From positions 1-49,055 of the IMG/VR virus record IMGVR_UViG_3300046779_001940: a stretch of 49,055 nucleotides of DNA; one strand, written 5' to 3'. A program made the position numbers and the translations under genes. This document shows, one piece after another, positions 1-11,200 of this stretch (its first letter is position 1; every line of letters begins with the position of its first letter). A model generated the notes under the pieces. That model was not told the DNA's origin, made no database searches, and worked only from the letters and a program-made list of their open reading frames with translations. Origin of the DNA: a virus. Its lineage: Duplodnaviria; Caudoviricetes.

Positions 1-1157
1 TTTTCTCCTGTACCAATGATTTCACCCACAAGTACAAATGACTGCTCACTTGCTTTAGGTCTTGACACAGTAAGAACTCTTGATGCAGGATTTGATTTTA
101 AAGCTTCTACTTGCGTAGAGTTTTCAAAGGTCTCATGATTTCTGTTAGATAACCCTGAATATTTAGGATTGTTTTGAGCAATCTCTCTGATTCTTTCAAC
201 ACGTCTATCTCCAATATCACTAATTCTTACAGCATGAATTTTAATTCCTGCCTGTGGATCAGACATTGCTGCAAGTTTCTTTTCAATTGTAAACTGCTCA
301 GCAGCATCAATAGCCTTAATTGAAAAACTAGACATCAAAGCATCTTCAGAAAATACTTGTTGTCCAGCGTTACTTTTTGAAGTATCAGATACACGAGCAT
401 CTTTTGCAGAAACAATTGTTTCAGGATCAATAGGTACTAGTGTATTATCATCTGTAATAAGCATGAATCTTTCATCTTTTCTTACAGCTTCTACCATCTG
501 ACCACTAGTAAGAGTTACCAGAACATTGTTTAATTCTGCAATGTCACTAATATCCGTCAATGGTATAAATGAAGAAGTTTTTCTCAAAGACCCTAAAGCT
601 GTATCAACTTGTTTCTTTAAAAAATCTTTATGAGTACCACTTGAGTCATGCTTATCAATAGCTTCTTTAATTGCATTTGAAATCTGATCTATTGTTGATT
701 CTCTTTCTTCGTTTGTAGGAAATGATGTAATACTCATGTAGTTTCTAACAAGAGTAAGAACGCCTTCTGGAGAAGTTAAGTCTTGGCGCATAATATTCTT
801 CTTTTCAAGAAGTTTATCAATTGCTTTAGATACAGATTCAATAGATAATTTAGTTGGTGTTTTTAAACCAAGTATTTCTCCAACATCTGATAAGTATTTG
901 GAAACATCTCCTTCTAATCCGTATGCTGTAATTACTGCATCTGCTTTTCCTGCATTGTAATATTCAGAATCAATTCCAGCAAGACCTGCATAAATGTATG
1001 CAATGTTGTGGAGCGACATCATTTTCTGCTCAGGAGTAAGACTACTCTTGAAAATAAACTCTGCACTATTGTCAAAGTTATTGTAGACAGATGGATTTAA
1101 TTTTATCAGATTAAGTACAACTGATGTGTACTTGTCAGTTTGTATTTGACATGCCAT
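1..1157 (-). CDS. N-terminal part of a giant virion cargo protein (candidate virion RNA polymerase-associated protein), truncated at the window edge
   Basis: Not in the ORF track. I translated it by hand from the ATG at 1157 (MACQIQTDKYTSVVLNLIKLNP...) and it stays open to position 1. It follows the 1477-aa cargo gene, where crAss-like phages place their giant RNAP/cargo genes. No DxDxD catalytic motif is visible in this part. Confidence 0.7.
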   Translation of the reverse strand, partial: MACQIQTDKYTSVVLNLIKLNPSVYNNFDNSAEFIFKSSLTPEQKMMSLHNIAYIYAGLAGIDSEYYNAGKADAVITAYGLEGDVSKYLSDVGEILGLKTPTKLSIESVSKAIDKLLEKKNIMRQDLTSPEGVLTLVRNYMSITSFPTNEERESTIDQISNAIKEAIDKHDSSGTHKDFLKKQVDTALGSLRKTSSFIPLTDISDIAELNNVLVTLTSGQMVEAVRKDERFMLITDDNTLVPIDPETIVSAKDARVSDTSKSNAGQQVFSEDALMSSFSIKAIDAAEQFTIEKKLAAMSDPQAGIKIHAVRISDIGDRRVERIREIAQNNPKYSGLSNRNHETFENSTQVEALKSNPASRVLTVSRPKASEQSFVLVGEIIGTGE

Positions 1158-1188
1158 ACTTTTATAGTCTTAGATTTGCAAAGAGTCC

Positions 1189-4100
1189 TTAAGAGAAACA
1201 ACTAGTAATCTTTTGTAACTCTTCAATTATAGAAGATTCAGAAACAGTACCCTCATTAACAAATTTACTACTTTTTTCTGAATTATCCTTAAGTTGAGCT
1301 TTAAATTCTTCAACTTTAGAATTTAGTAATTTTAAACTTTCAAGAGTTAAACTTGCTGAGGTTGAAGGAGTTGTAGTTGTACTAAACAACGTAGGTTGAT
1401 CCTCAACTTGAAGTGTTGTCACTACAGCCTTTGGCTTAGTATATTTGACAGGTTTACCTGTAAGAACAGATTCTCTAATTGCTTCTAGTAATTCTCTACC
1501 TTTAGGTGTTGCGTAGTACTCTTCTAAAGTTTTAAACTCAGTATTGTTTCTACTATTGTAACGTGACATTGATCTACTACCACGTTGCTCCATTTCAACA
1601 ATTTTTGAAGTATCAGAAGGATCTTGCAACATTGGTCCAATAAACTTTTGTACAAAATCTGTATTTGCTCTTGTAACATTTAAACTGTCAGCTTGCTCTT
1701 GTGCTTTTTCTTCATTAACAAAAGGTTCAGGATTCACAATATTATTGTTTCTGTCAACAATGTTAATAGCACCATCCTCAGTTGCTTCAACTTCAAACGC
1801 TTCTTCTCTCTCAGGAGTAAGCCCTAACATTCTACTTAACTGATCTGAGCTGTCAATACCTTCTCCTGGTTCTTGCACAACAGGAGGTTGTTCAATAGGA
1901 GTTAAAGTTTCTATTTCAGTACCTACTTCTTCAATTGTCTCATTGCCATTTTCGTCAACAACAATTACAATGTTATCTGGAGTTACTTCAGGAACTTCTT
2001 CCACTGGAACTTCTTCAATTGTAGTTTCTTCTACAGGAGCTTCTGGAGAAATAATCTCACCATCTGGTCCAACCACAGGAATATTTTCAACTGCTTCTTC
2101 TTCAGTTGCCAAATTAGCTTTTCTTGTTTTCTCTTCAGCAGCTTGCTTGTCTAACTCTTCTTTGAATTTTTCATAAACCTTTTTCTCGTTAGGCAATAAA
2201 GTTTCTCCTTTAACAAGTTTATCAACAATACTAATTCTTCTAATACTCAAATACTCAAGACTGCCTTCTGCAAAAATTTCATCTAGTTCTTGTGTAGTTA
2301 TATCATCAAAACCTTCAGACTTATATTCAGATATTACATCTCTTAATCCTGAAACAGTAAGTTCTTGAATTTCAGTTTGTAACTTTATTGCATAGTCTTG
2401 GTTGTCAATGCCAAGATTAGGATCAATTGCTAAAGCAAGCAAGTTTTTATATGACTCACTATTTGTAACATTTTCAACAACTTTCATTGTAAACTCTGCT
2501 GCAGTCTCTGGGCTCAACCCTGATTCAAGTGCATATTTAGCAGCAATACTCGTTGTTTGTCTTATGACTCCTTCAGTGTATGTTATAACACTGAACTTAA
2601 ACTTACCATTTGTCATTCTCAATAATGCAACCTGGAAGTTTTCTGGATTCATTAGCGTATCCACAGAACGCATATAATCTCTTGTGTCTGTGTCAAGACG
2701 CATGTAGTCATAAATCTTTTCAAAACTTTCTCTTAGAGTTTGTTCTGAAACTTCTGTTTTATTACCTGCTTGTTTATTTTTTAAATTGATAAGTTTTCTA
2801 AATGTGTCAATTACTTCAGGATGGTCCAAACTAAACAAGTCTTGTTCAATTTCTGCATCGTTCCCGTCTTCATCTTTTTCAGTAACTTTTTCAACTACTC
2901 TTTTACCTGTAAAGACATATGTTTCGTCATCTGTAAAATTGTCTTCATCTTGAGTCTTACCTGCAATATCTTTTCTTGTATTCCAGAAGTTAGTCCATTG
3001 TTGCATTAACAAAAGTTCTTCTTCTTTATTTTTTATTTGTTCTTGCAAATCTTTTTTAGTGTCAGGATCTAATCCTTCAGCTTGTAAATTTTGCTTAAGT
3101 ATTTTTAACTCAGAACCAATTACTCCAATTTCACCAAATGAGTTTTCATAACCTGTAAGAATTCTTAAAGCATAATCAGCAGATGGTCCCATTTGAGGCA
3201 TTGCTAAAATGTCACTAGCAACTTGCTTAGCTCTTTTAGAAGACATCTCTCCCTTGATAGAGTTTAAGGCAATAAGCTGAATAGCATCTTCTTGAGCTTG
3301 TCTTGTTAAACCTGCAACTAGTTGACTACCAGATCCTTTGGCGTATCTATTTGGATCAGCCAGTTTGTTTTTTGCAAACTCCCTAACTTTATCTATTGTC
3401 TCAGAATATTTTTTAAGATCTGCAGCAACTTCTTCTGAAAATTCTTTAGGGCTACTATATTTAGTAGCATCTAAACTAACACCAAAAGACTTTTCAAACT
3501 CTTCAGCTGTCATTTCATTACCCATATTCTTAACAACACTATACAGTGCGTCAATAGAATTAGTACGTTTAGCTGTAGCTACTGCTGATAATAACGCATT
3601 ATCTTTAGCGTTTTCAAATTCATATTTATTACCTCTTGCTGCAGCTTCTGTTTGTTCTTGTGCAGCATTCATTTGAGCATTGAAGTTAAATACCTTTTGT
3701 TCAAACTTACCTTCCTTGGCTTGTTTAAATAAAGTATTTAACGTTTTAAGATCATCGTCTAATTGTTTTTCAGCTTTTAGAACAGGATTGTTTGCTTCAT
3801 CACCTTTATATTGTCTGCTAATTGCAGCGGCATTTGCTTTGTCCAATGTTCTTGTTGCAACAGCAGTTGGGAGCCTAATGATAGAACCAGTAAGAGCACC
3901 CATTAAGAATGTCTTTAAACCTTGTTTTGAGAACTGTTCTTCAGCACCTTTACCAAATGCTTGTGATAGCGTATACTTTGTACCATTCATTTGGCCAGAA
4001 TAATAATCACGCCATCCAGCAGCAGTTGTTTCTTGTAAGTTTTCTTGCAAACCTTCAACTACTTCAAATTTTAATGCGTCTTTAAAGAATGCTTTACCAA

Positions 4101-5622
4101 ATTGATAAGCAGCTTCTTTTTTACCAAAGTCTCTTGCAACTTGTGCAGTAAGCCCATACGCACCAGTAAATCCTTTCTTATATAATTGTGTAAGTCCTTT
4201 AGCTTCAACTTTTAAAATGTTTTCAGCTGTTTCTCCTACAACCATACTTGCTGGTAGGAACTTATTAAACAATGTGCCAAACTGCAACTTGTTTGTTGCA
4301 AGCAATATGGCCATGTTTGTATTATAGTTAGACGAACTTGCTTCCATAGCAAGTCCTCTCATTTTTTCAAATTCTTGTGATGTTGGAACTTTACCATCGT
4401 TGTCTTGCTTATATTGCTGAACCATTTTGTCAAGTGTGTCACCATATGATGTCACAGCTTCAAAACTTGCTTCAGTAGCTGACATGTTAAGTTCCTGAGC
4501 AACTCTTCTTACGCCTTGTAATCCAAGACCTGTAAGTTGTCCTGCGGTAGCACCACCTTTTGCAGCAGCAGCAACACGCTCACCATATCTTATACCTGTA
4601 CCTAATAATGGAGTTCCTTTTAAAATATTCTCTGCAGCTTGTGCAAAGTTTTTAGATTTACCAATATTCAACATGTTATTGGTAAAAATGTTTAAGTTTT
4701 CACTTATAGCAGATCTTAAAGCTGATGGAGTTGCATTTGCAATACTAGCTGCCTCATCAATCTTATTCAGCACTTTTAGTTCATCAACACTTTTTGCCCC
4801 AAACTTAGCAAATCCTTGAGCTACATCACTACCAAAATTTGCAACTTTACCAAGCATGGAAGTTTTAGATGCTGCTCTAGCAGCTGTTCTTGCTGCCTGA
4901 TTTGCTGCAGTAAGAGCAAATGTTTCAGCACCTGCACCTCCTGTTAAGGCAGTAATTGCAACGTCTGCTGCAATTTCTAAACCAAGACCAGCAAATGTAC
5001 CTAATGCAAAACCAGCGTTACCAACAAACTCTGACATTGTTCTTTTGGAAAAGATGCTATCCTCATTCTCAGGTTGTTCAAACACAAAGTTTTTCTTCAT
5101 GTCAATTTGATCCTGATAATATTGATTCATCATTGTTTCTTCATCAGGACGTAGTTTATCCCAATCCATGGTAAACAATGCTTCAGCCATACGGCCATAT
5201 CCTTTCCAGTAATCTGTAAAGGTGTTTCCAAACTTGTAACCAAATGAATCAAAACCTTTTCCTAATGCTGAACCCCAAGTTTCTTTGTCAGCAAATTTCT
5301 GATAGTTAGAAGTATCAAATGGATTAAAGTATTTACCTTCAAATCCTTCTTGATACATGTATTGATCTGTTAAAGACTCAGGTGCATATATAACAGAAGA
5401 AGGACCTACTGGTGCTCTCATCTTATCTAAGATTCCCATAGGTCTTCCTGAACCATAAACGTCTACATTAGTGTTGGCGTTCAATGCACTAAAATTTCTC
5501 ATAAAGTCATCACCAGGACCTCCTTGAATTTTAGGAGACTGTGGACTTTCCAAAGGAGATAGTCTATTGTCAATTGGTTGGTCACTTGTTTGACCAAAAT
5601 CAAATGTTGGATTTTCTGCCAT
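1189..5622 (-). CDS. Large virion cargo/ejection protein (1477 aa)
   Basis: Long helical ORF with Gly/Ala-rich hydrophobic segments (GNAGFALGTFAGLGLEIAADVAITALTGGAG; FLMGALTGSII), an EGLQENLQE motif typical of podoviral ejection proteins and an acidic Glu/Pro-rich linker. It lies downstream of the tail muzzle gene. Confidence 0.65.
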   Translation of the reverse strand: MAENPTFDFGQTSDQPIDNRLSPLESPQSPKIQGGPGDDFMRNFSALNANTNVDVYGSGRPMGILDKMRAPVGPSSVIYAPESLTDQYMYQEGFEGKYFNPFDTSNYQKFADKETWGSALGKGFDSFGYKFGNTFTDYWKGYGRMAEALFTMDWDKLRPDEETMMNQYYQDQIDMKKNFVFEQPENEDSIFSKRTMSEFVGNAGFALGTFAGLGLEIAADVAITALTGGAGAETFALTAANQAARTAARAASKTSMLGKVANFGSDVAQGFAKFGAKSVDELKVLNKIDEAASIANATPSALRSAISENLNIFTNNMLNIGKSKNFAQAAENILKGTPLLGTGIRYGERVAAAAKGGATAGQLTGLGLQGVRRVAQELNMSATEASFEAVTSYGDTLDKMVQQYKQDNDGKVPTSQEFEKMRGLAMEASSSNYNTNMAILLATNKLQFGTLFNKFLPASMVVGETAENILKVEAKGLTQLYKKGFTGAYGLTAQVARDFGKKEAAYQFGKAFFKDALKFEVVEGLQENLQETTAAGWRDYYSGQMNGTKYTLSQAFGKGAEEQFSKQGLKTFLMGALTGSIIRLPTAVATRTLDKANAAAISRQYKGDEANNPVLKAEKQLDDDLKTLNTLFKQAKEGKFEQKVFNFNAQMNAAQEQTEAAARGNKYEFENAKDNALLSAVATAKRTNSIDALYSVVKNMGNEMTAEEFEKSFGVSLDATKYSSPKEFSEEVAADLKKYSETIDKVREFAKNKLADPNRYAKGSGSQLVAGLTRQAQEDAIQLIALNSIKGEMSSKRAKQVASDILAMPQMGPSADYALRILTGYENSFGEIGVIGSELKILKQNLQAEGLDPDTKKDLQEQIKNKEEELLLMQQWTNFWNTRKDIAGKTQDEDNFTDDETYVFTGKRVVEKVTEKDEDGNDAEIEQDLFSLDHPEVIDTFRKLINLKNKQAGNKTEVSEQTLRESFEKIYDYMRLDTDTRDYMRSVDTLMNPENFQVALLRMTNGKFKFSVITYTEGVIRQTTSIAAKYALESGLSPETAAEFTMKVVENVTNSESYKNLLALAIDPNLGIDNQDYAIKLQTEIQELTVSGLRDVISEYKSEGFDDITTQELDEIFAEGSLEYLSIRRISIVDKLVKGETLLPNEKKVYEKFKEELDKQAAEEKTRKANLATEEEAVENIPVVGPDGEIISPEAPVEETTIEEVPVEEVPEVTPDNIVIVVDENGNETIEEVGTEIETLTPIEQPPVVQEPGEGIDSSDQLSRMLGLTPEREEAFEVEATEDGAINIVDRNNNIVNPEPFVNEEKAQEQADSLNVTRANTDFVQKFIGPMLQDPSDTSKIVEMEQRGSRSMSRYNSRNNTEFKTLEEYYATPKGRELLEAIRESVLTGKPVKYTKPKAVVTTLQVEDQPTLFSTTTTPSTSASLTLESLKLLNSKVEEFKAQLKDNSEKSSKFVNEGTVSESSIIEELQKITSCFS

Positions 5623-5635
5623 TACAATGCTTTTG

Positions 5636-8263
5636 TTATTTTTGATTTTGTTCGTATCCTATTCTTGATTGAATATAGTTGTCAAATACTCCATTAATAT
5701 ACTGATTTGCTTCAATTAAACTATTTGCATCACCAGGAGTAAAACTTCTTAACTGAGTCATTGACTCATTCTTTTTTGTAGCAGGATTGTAAAAGTCCAT
5801 AGTAAACATTAAAGCTGGTCTACCTTGAGCGTCTTTGGTTCCTGTTACACTATAATCAAAACCATATCCTAAGTGAGAGTCTTGTCCTAAAACCCTAGCT
5901 GAAGGATTACTCAAGAAATCATCAAGAACACCTAATGACTGAGATGAAACTGAATTTGGTCCTACGTATTTTGCAAATCTAGTTAAAGCTGAATTTGAAG
6001 TAATAGATTCATATGGTAAGTCAAATGTCAATGTTCCAGCACCCTTGATTCCTAATTTTTTACTTATCTCTGTTTTCTGAGACAAGTTCAACTGTACTTG
6101 AGCACTTTTACCATCATAAAAAACTCTAGCTTGATCACCAAATAAATCAGCAAGATCTGAAGCATTTAAGTTTTTTAACATGTTTACATCAATGCTTGTA
6201 CCATCTGACGCTGTAATAGATTTTACAGCATAAGGATTCTTAATAAGAACATCAACTTCTGCAGCACTAAGTTTGCTGAAGTTATAATTGTTTGTAACAG
6301 GTCTAGTTCTTGAAGAATATTCTGAAGTTACAAGTTGATCCAGTCTTGCTTTAGCAGCAGGACTAACTCTTGAATAATCAATGTCATACCCACCTGTGGC
6401 AAGTCTACCTCTAATTACAGCTCCATTATATGCTGATTTTACATTACCATTTGCGTCAACTACTTCTTGAGAAAGTCTTAACATGTTTTTATTTAAGTTT
6501 TCTCTTTCAGAAGTAAGTCCTTTAAACGCATTAGACGCATCAGTAAATGCTTGAACAAACTTTTGAGAGTCTGCTGTTTTATGCATTCTAGAATATTCTG
6601 CTAACTTTTTAGTGGCAGTATTATAAGTAGCACCAGCCAGTTGATCTAAAAATGCTGTTGCTGCCCCTTTACCTTTAGGGATTGTTGCGTTAATACCAAC
6701 TTGTCTTGCATAATTATTAATTGCTTGCCACTCAGCTCCACTTAATTGTTTATTACTACCTCCTGCAAAAGCTTGAAGTTTTGAAATAGCTCCTTGCAAT
6801 TCACCATATTTTTTAGCATCTTCATTTAAAACAAGAAGTGCTAAACCATTTTGAGCATTAAATGCAGTAAGTTGTGCTTTCTCTCTGTTTTGTTGCATAC
6901 CTTTAGAAACAAGTTCTGCTCCACTTTGAGGAGTTCCTAAACCTGAACCAAGATATTCTTCTGAAGGAATATAACCTTTTCCTTTAAGAGCAATTGTTTT
7001 TAACTCAGTCTCAACAGCAAATTTTTGTTCTCTAAATGCTAAGTCTTTGTATTTAAACTGCAAGTTAGCAGCAGCAACCCTTTCTCTAGATGCAATGTTT
7101 GCTTTAGTTGCCCATGTTGTATCAGGTCTGTACTCTACAGATTGTTTTGTAGTAGCAAAAGTATTACCAAAAGATACAGCAGCTCTATCACGTGCTTCAT
7201 TTGTAAACACAGAATACAAATTTGAAGCAATGTATTGAGGACCTTCTTGTTGCATTTTAGCAACTTCTCCTCTTGAGTTTTCAAGAGTTCCTTTGCGTTG
7301 TTCTCTTTGTTCTAAAAGTTTCTGATAGTTTTCTTTAATTTGAGGTTCACTTGGAGGAAATCCATTTGGATATTTCTTTTCGTAAAGTTCAATGCTACTA
7401 TCTAGTCTTTTAATTTCAGCATCTGCTTCAATACCTTCTGTAGATACTTTTTCATTAAGTGTTGGTAACAACTTCTGAGAAATCTTTTGAATTGCTTCTT
7501 CTCTAGAAATTTTATTCTCACCCATTTCATTTCTAATTGCTGACTCTGCAGCAACTCTACCCATAACTTGAAATTGTCTATCAAATCTATTACCCATAGT
7601 TGCTCTTGCCCATTCACTAAAAATTGGAGCAACTCCCGCACCATTTACAGTTTTGATAATGTAACCTTTACCATCAGGACCAGACTGTGTAATTTCAAGA
7701 CCTTGTTCTTTTGCAGCTTTTCTTAAATACTCCATTGTATCTTCAAAAGGTACAAACTCTCTTGGTTGTACTTTTTGAACAGAACCATCTCCTCTTTTAG
7801 CATTACGTAAATCTTCTTCTGCAAATGCAATATCCATTTTTGAATAATCATTATACATAGCACGCATTTTAGGATCTGTACTGTTTTTGTACTGATCCAT
7901 TTTTTGTTTTTGTGCTTGATGAAATTTAGTAACGGCCATATCATACGCTAAATCCTGATCCTGAGAAATTGGATCAATAAGACTTTGGGCACGCATAATG
8001 TTTGTCTGATTTGACAAATCTACATTGGATACACTTTTAAGTGCTCCTTGCAATTTCTTAAATGCTTCTTGTCTAAAGGTTTGATTATCACCATTAGTCA
8101 ATGAGCTATTCAAAACTGAATTGTAAAGATTTCTGACCATGTTAAACCCACGATCATACTCAGCCTGTCTTGTGCCATATACCTGAGTCAGAAACTGATA
8201 GTCAGGTCTGTACAACTGCATTGGGCCAAATTGGTCAGTAAGTCCTTTTATAAATGTTGCCAT
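5636..8263 (-). CDS. Virion cargo/internal protein (875 aa)
   Basis: Long ORF with a helical/coiled-coil N-terminus (MATFIKGLTDQFGPMQLYRPDYQFL...), located in the crAss-like cargo gene cluster. Confidence 0.6.
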   Translation of the reverse strand: MATFIKGLTDQFGPMQLYRPDYQFLTQVYGTRQAEYDRGFNMVRNLYNSVLNSSLTNGDNQTFRQEAFKKLQGALKSVSNVDLSNQTNIMRAQSLIDPISQDQDLAYDMAVTKFHQAQKQKMDQYKNSTDPKMRAMYNDYSKMDIAFAEEDLRNAKRGDGSVQKVQPREFVPFEDTMEYLRKAAKEQGLEITQSGPDGKGYIIKTVNGAGVAPIFSEWARATMGNRFDRQFQVMGRVAAESAIRNEMGENKISREEAIQKISQKLLPTLNEKVSTEGIEADAEIKRLDSSIELYEKKYPNGFPPSEPQIKENYQKLLEQREQRKGTLENSRGEVAKMQQEGPQYIASNLYSVFTNEARDRAAVSFGNTFATTKQSVEYRPDTTWATKANIASRERVAAANLQFKYKDLAFREQKFAVETELKTIALKGKGYIPSEEYLGSGLGTPQSGAELVSKGMQQNREKAQLTAFNAQNGLALLVLNEDAKKYGELQGAISKLQAFAGGSNKQLSGAEWQAINNYARQVGINATIPKGKGAATAFLDQLAGATYNTATKKLAEYSRMHKTADSQKFVQAFTDASNAFKGLTSERENLNKNMLRLSQEVVDANGNVKSAYNGAVIRGRLATGGYDIDYSRVSPAAKARLDQLVTSEYSSRTRPVTNNYNFSKLSAAEVDVLIKNPYAVKSITASDGTSIDVNMLKNLNASDLADLFGDQARVFYDGKSAQVQLNLSQKTEISKKLGIKGAGTLTFDLPYESITSNSALTRFAKYVGPNSVSSQSLGVLDDFLSNPSARVLGQDSHLGYGFDYSVTGTKDAQGRPALMFTMDFYNPATKKNESMTQLRSFTPGDANSLIEANQYINGVFDNYIQSRIGYEQNQK

Positions 8264-8293
8264 GTGATATTTCTACTTTACTTTTTAATTAAT

Positions 8294-11200
8294 TTATTCG
8301 CCATCATCCCAAGGTGTAGCATTGAATGCTCCAGGCATTGTCATACCAGACATATAAGCATTCTGGAAACCTTGTTGCCAAGTTGGTGATTGTCTTGCTG
8401 TTTGTAAATAAGTATTAGCTACTTGATCTGCATATTTTCTTGCACTTTCTTCACCTCTAGTACCTACAGCTTCATCGTATGCTTGTTTCCATGCTGCGTT
8501 TGCTGTTTGAGTCATTGCTGCTGGATTATATCCTGGGTTTACAGAACCTCTTCCACCACCAAAGGCAGGATTTTGATAAACATCAGGAGCCAAGCCTGTA
8601 CCATCTTCTTCAAGAATTTGACGTCCTTGTCCAGAAAAATCAACATCTCCTAAAATAGGATCAATGTAAACTTGTGGAAACAATACATTTTCCATTTGTT
8701 TCTTTCTAAACCAGTTGGTTGTACCATTATTGAATGCAGCAATTTGTCTCCATTTTCTTTGTTGTAGAGAATTGTCGTATTGTTGATTCAATGTTGCCAT
8801 GTCCTCTACATATTTTTGACGTGCATTTTCATTTGCAAGAATCTCTTGATTTTGCATTTGAGCATTTACACCATATGCTTGATTGACAATTCCAATATTC
8901 GCTGCTTCAGTTGCATCTAAAACATTTGCAGCATTTGCAAATCCTTCTCCAGTTGCTCCTAGTGTAGTTGCCAAACCAACATTCCCATCAGCTGTATTTT
9001 CAATCTGTGATTGAAATCTAGCCATTTGTTCTTGATTGGCAGCAAGCTTTCTAGTAGGATCTAGCAAATCATAACCTGGTGTAACTAAATCAACCTTACC
9101 TTGTGATGGTGCGTAACGATTAACCTCATCAGTCATTGTACCAACGTAGTTAACAATATCTTGCAACCACCATGGTCCTTCTTTTTTAGGTTGTTTTACA
9201 AATTCTTTTTGAGGTGTGCTAATACACTGACCTTCTGTAACAGCTCTATCTTTTGAAGCTGCACTTACAGCTTTAACATTTCCTCCAGATGGAGCTACAG
9301 GAGCTTCACCAGTTTTATGAGAAACAGAAACAACATTTTTAGAACCGTCTGTATATTCAACACAGAAGTAAGACATTTCTTGTCCAGGCTCTTCTGGTGG
9401 CTTTGGACCATCAAAAAATCTAGGTACAGAATATGTTACTTGTCCAAATTTAGAATCTCTAAAGTATGGGTTAGTTTCTTTGTTAGAACCAAGAGGTGCA
9501 AAATAAGGTACGCCAAATTGTTTCATTGACTTCTCATTCACCGCGTCTTGGAACCAAGCTGCAGCTTTATCACCAGTTGCCTTATCAGTTCTTAAATCTT
9601 TTTGGAACTGTGCAAAGCCACCTGTGTACTGTGTTTCAATCCAATCACCATGTCTTTTTTGAAAGTCTGCCCATTCTTCAGGAGAGAGATCTCCACTTTT
9701 TCTAGCAGCAGCGTTTCCTGATGATAAATAAATACCAGTACCTTTTACATTAGGCTGGCGAGCAAATGAACCAAAGTTTGTTTCTGTGTAAAGTACATTA
9801 TCAGCTTTAGATAAAATCTGATTAATGTTACCAGAACCATATTGCTCAAAGTTTGTATCTGTTCTTGTAGCTGAAGCCAGAATTGTACCATTGGCATCCT
9901 TAACATATTTTTGATTTCCTTTATAGTAAGCTTTAACAACAGTGCCATCTTCTAAGGTAATATCACCAACAAAGATTTCTTTATTAGGATCTACTCTTTG
10001 ATTTCCAGCAGCTTGTGCTTGCTGTTGACTTCCAACTGTAGTGTTTAATGTTCCATTTTTTGGAGGATCTCCAGGACCACCTGTTTGTCCAGCTTCTTCA
10101 TACTCTTGTAAAACAGAACCACCTTTAGCAAAATAGTTTAATGCTTCTTGTGCAGTTTTAGGTTTACTTCCTGCTGCAGGTCTAGGGGCTGTGTTTGTTC
10201 TCGGAGGAGTGCTTGCTGGAGGATTAACTCTTGGTGTAGTAGTAGCATTACCAGATTGTTTATTCAAGTTTGCTAAACTTGTCTCGTTTGTGACAACTCC
10301 CGTCATTCCTGTACTTTTCTGATAATATTTCCATTGATTACCATCCTTTACATATTCAAAATCAGTTCTTCCAGGAATAGTAACTTTTGTCCCTTGAAGA
10401 GGATTTGCTGCTACTTTAGGATTACCATAAGCATCTACATCTTGAACTGCTGCATTAGAAGGAACTCTTGATTTTTGTGAAGCGCCTGTAAAATCAAATG
10501 TATTATTTGAAATAGCATTTATAATAATTGCAGGATCAAGAACAAAACTATTACCTACAGGTTGACCTTTAGAATCAAGTTTTTGAACTTTAATACTTGG
10601 AACATCATAAGCAGCACCACCACTAGAAGGAATTCCTGTTGTTGGACTTGCACCGTATGAAGAAGTACGACCTTGAAATGCAGCATTAGCATCTATAACT
10701 TTGTATTGCTGCCCTTTTGCATAAAAAGTATCATCAGGTTTAAAAGTTTGACCTTTTATTTTTGAAGTTGTGTTTCTTGAATAATAGTCTGGTGAATTTG
10801 CAGCAGTTGTGCCTACATAAAACCTTTTATATTTATCACCAGCAACTCCTGTCTCAGCATATTTGCCTTGACTAGATTTATCAAGAATTTCACCAAGTTT
10901 CTCAGAGTTAACAACGTATGTTCTTCCGGCCCCTTCTTTACCTTCTCCTTTAAAAGTAATCTTATCACCTGTTCCCCATCCCCAGTTATCTTCATGTTTT
11001 ACATATCTAAAAGGAACACCATTGAGATAAATAACTGTGTTAGGTGTATATTTTACAGGACCTCCATCTGGATACTTTTTCTTTGAACCACCATACTTAG
11101 CTGTTGGTTGTTCCATTGGTTGTGCTTCTTGTTCTTGTTGTCCTTGCATTAAGTCAGGATTCATTCCAGCCATGACAGATTCTGCAATAGCAGGAATACC

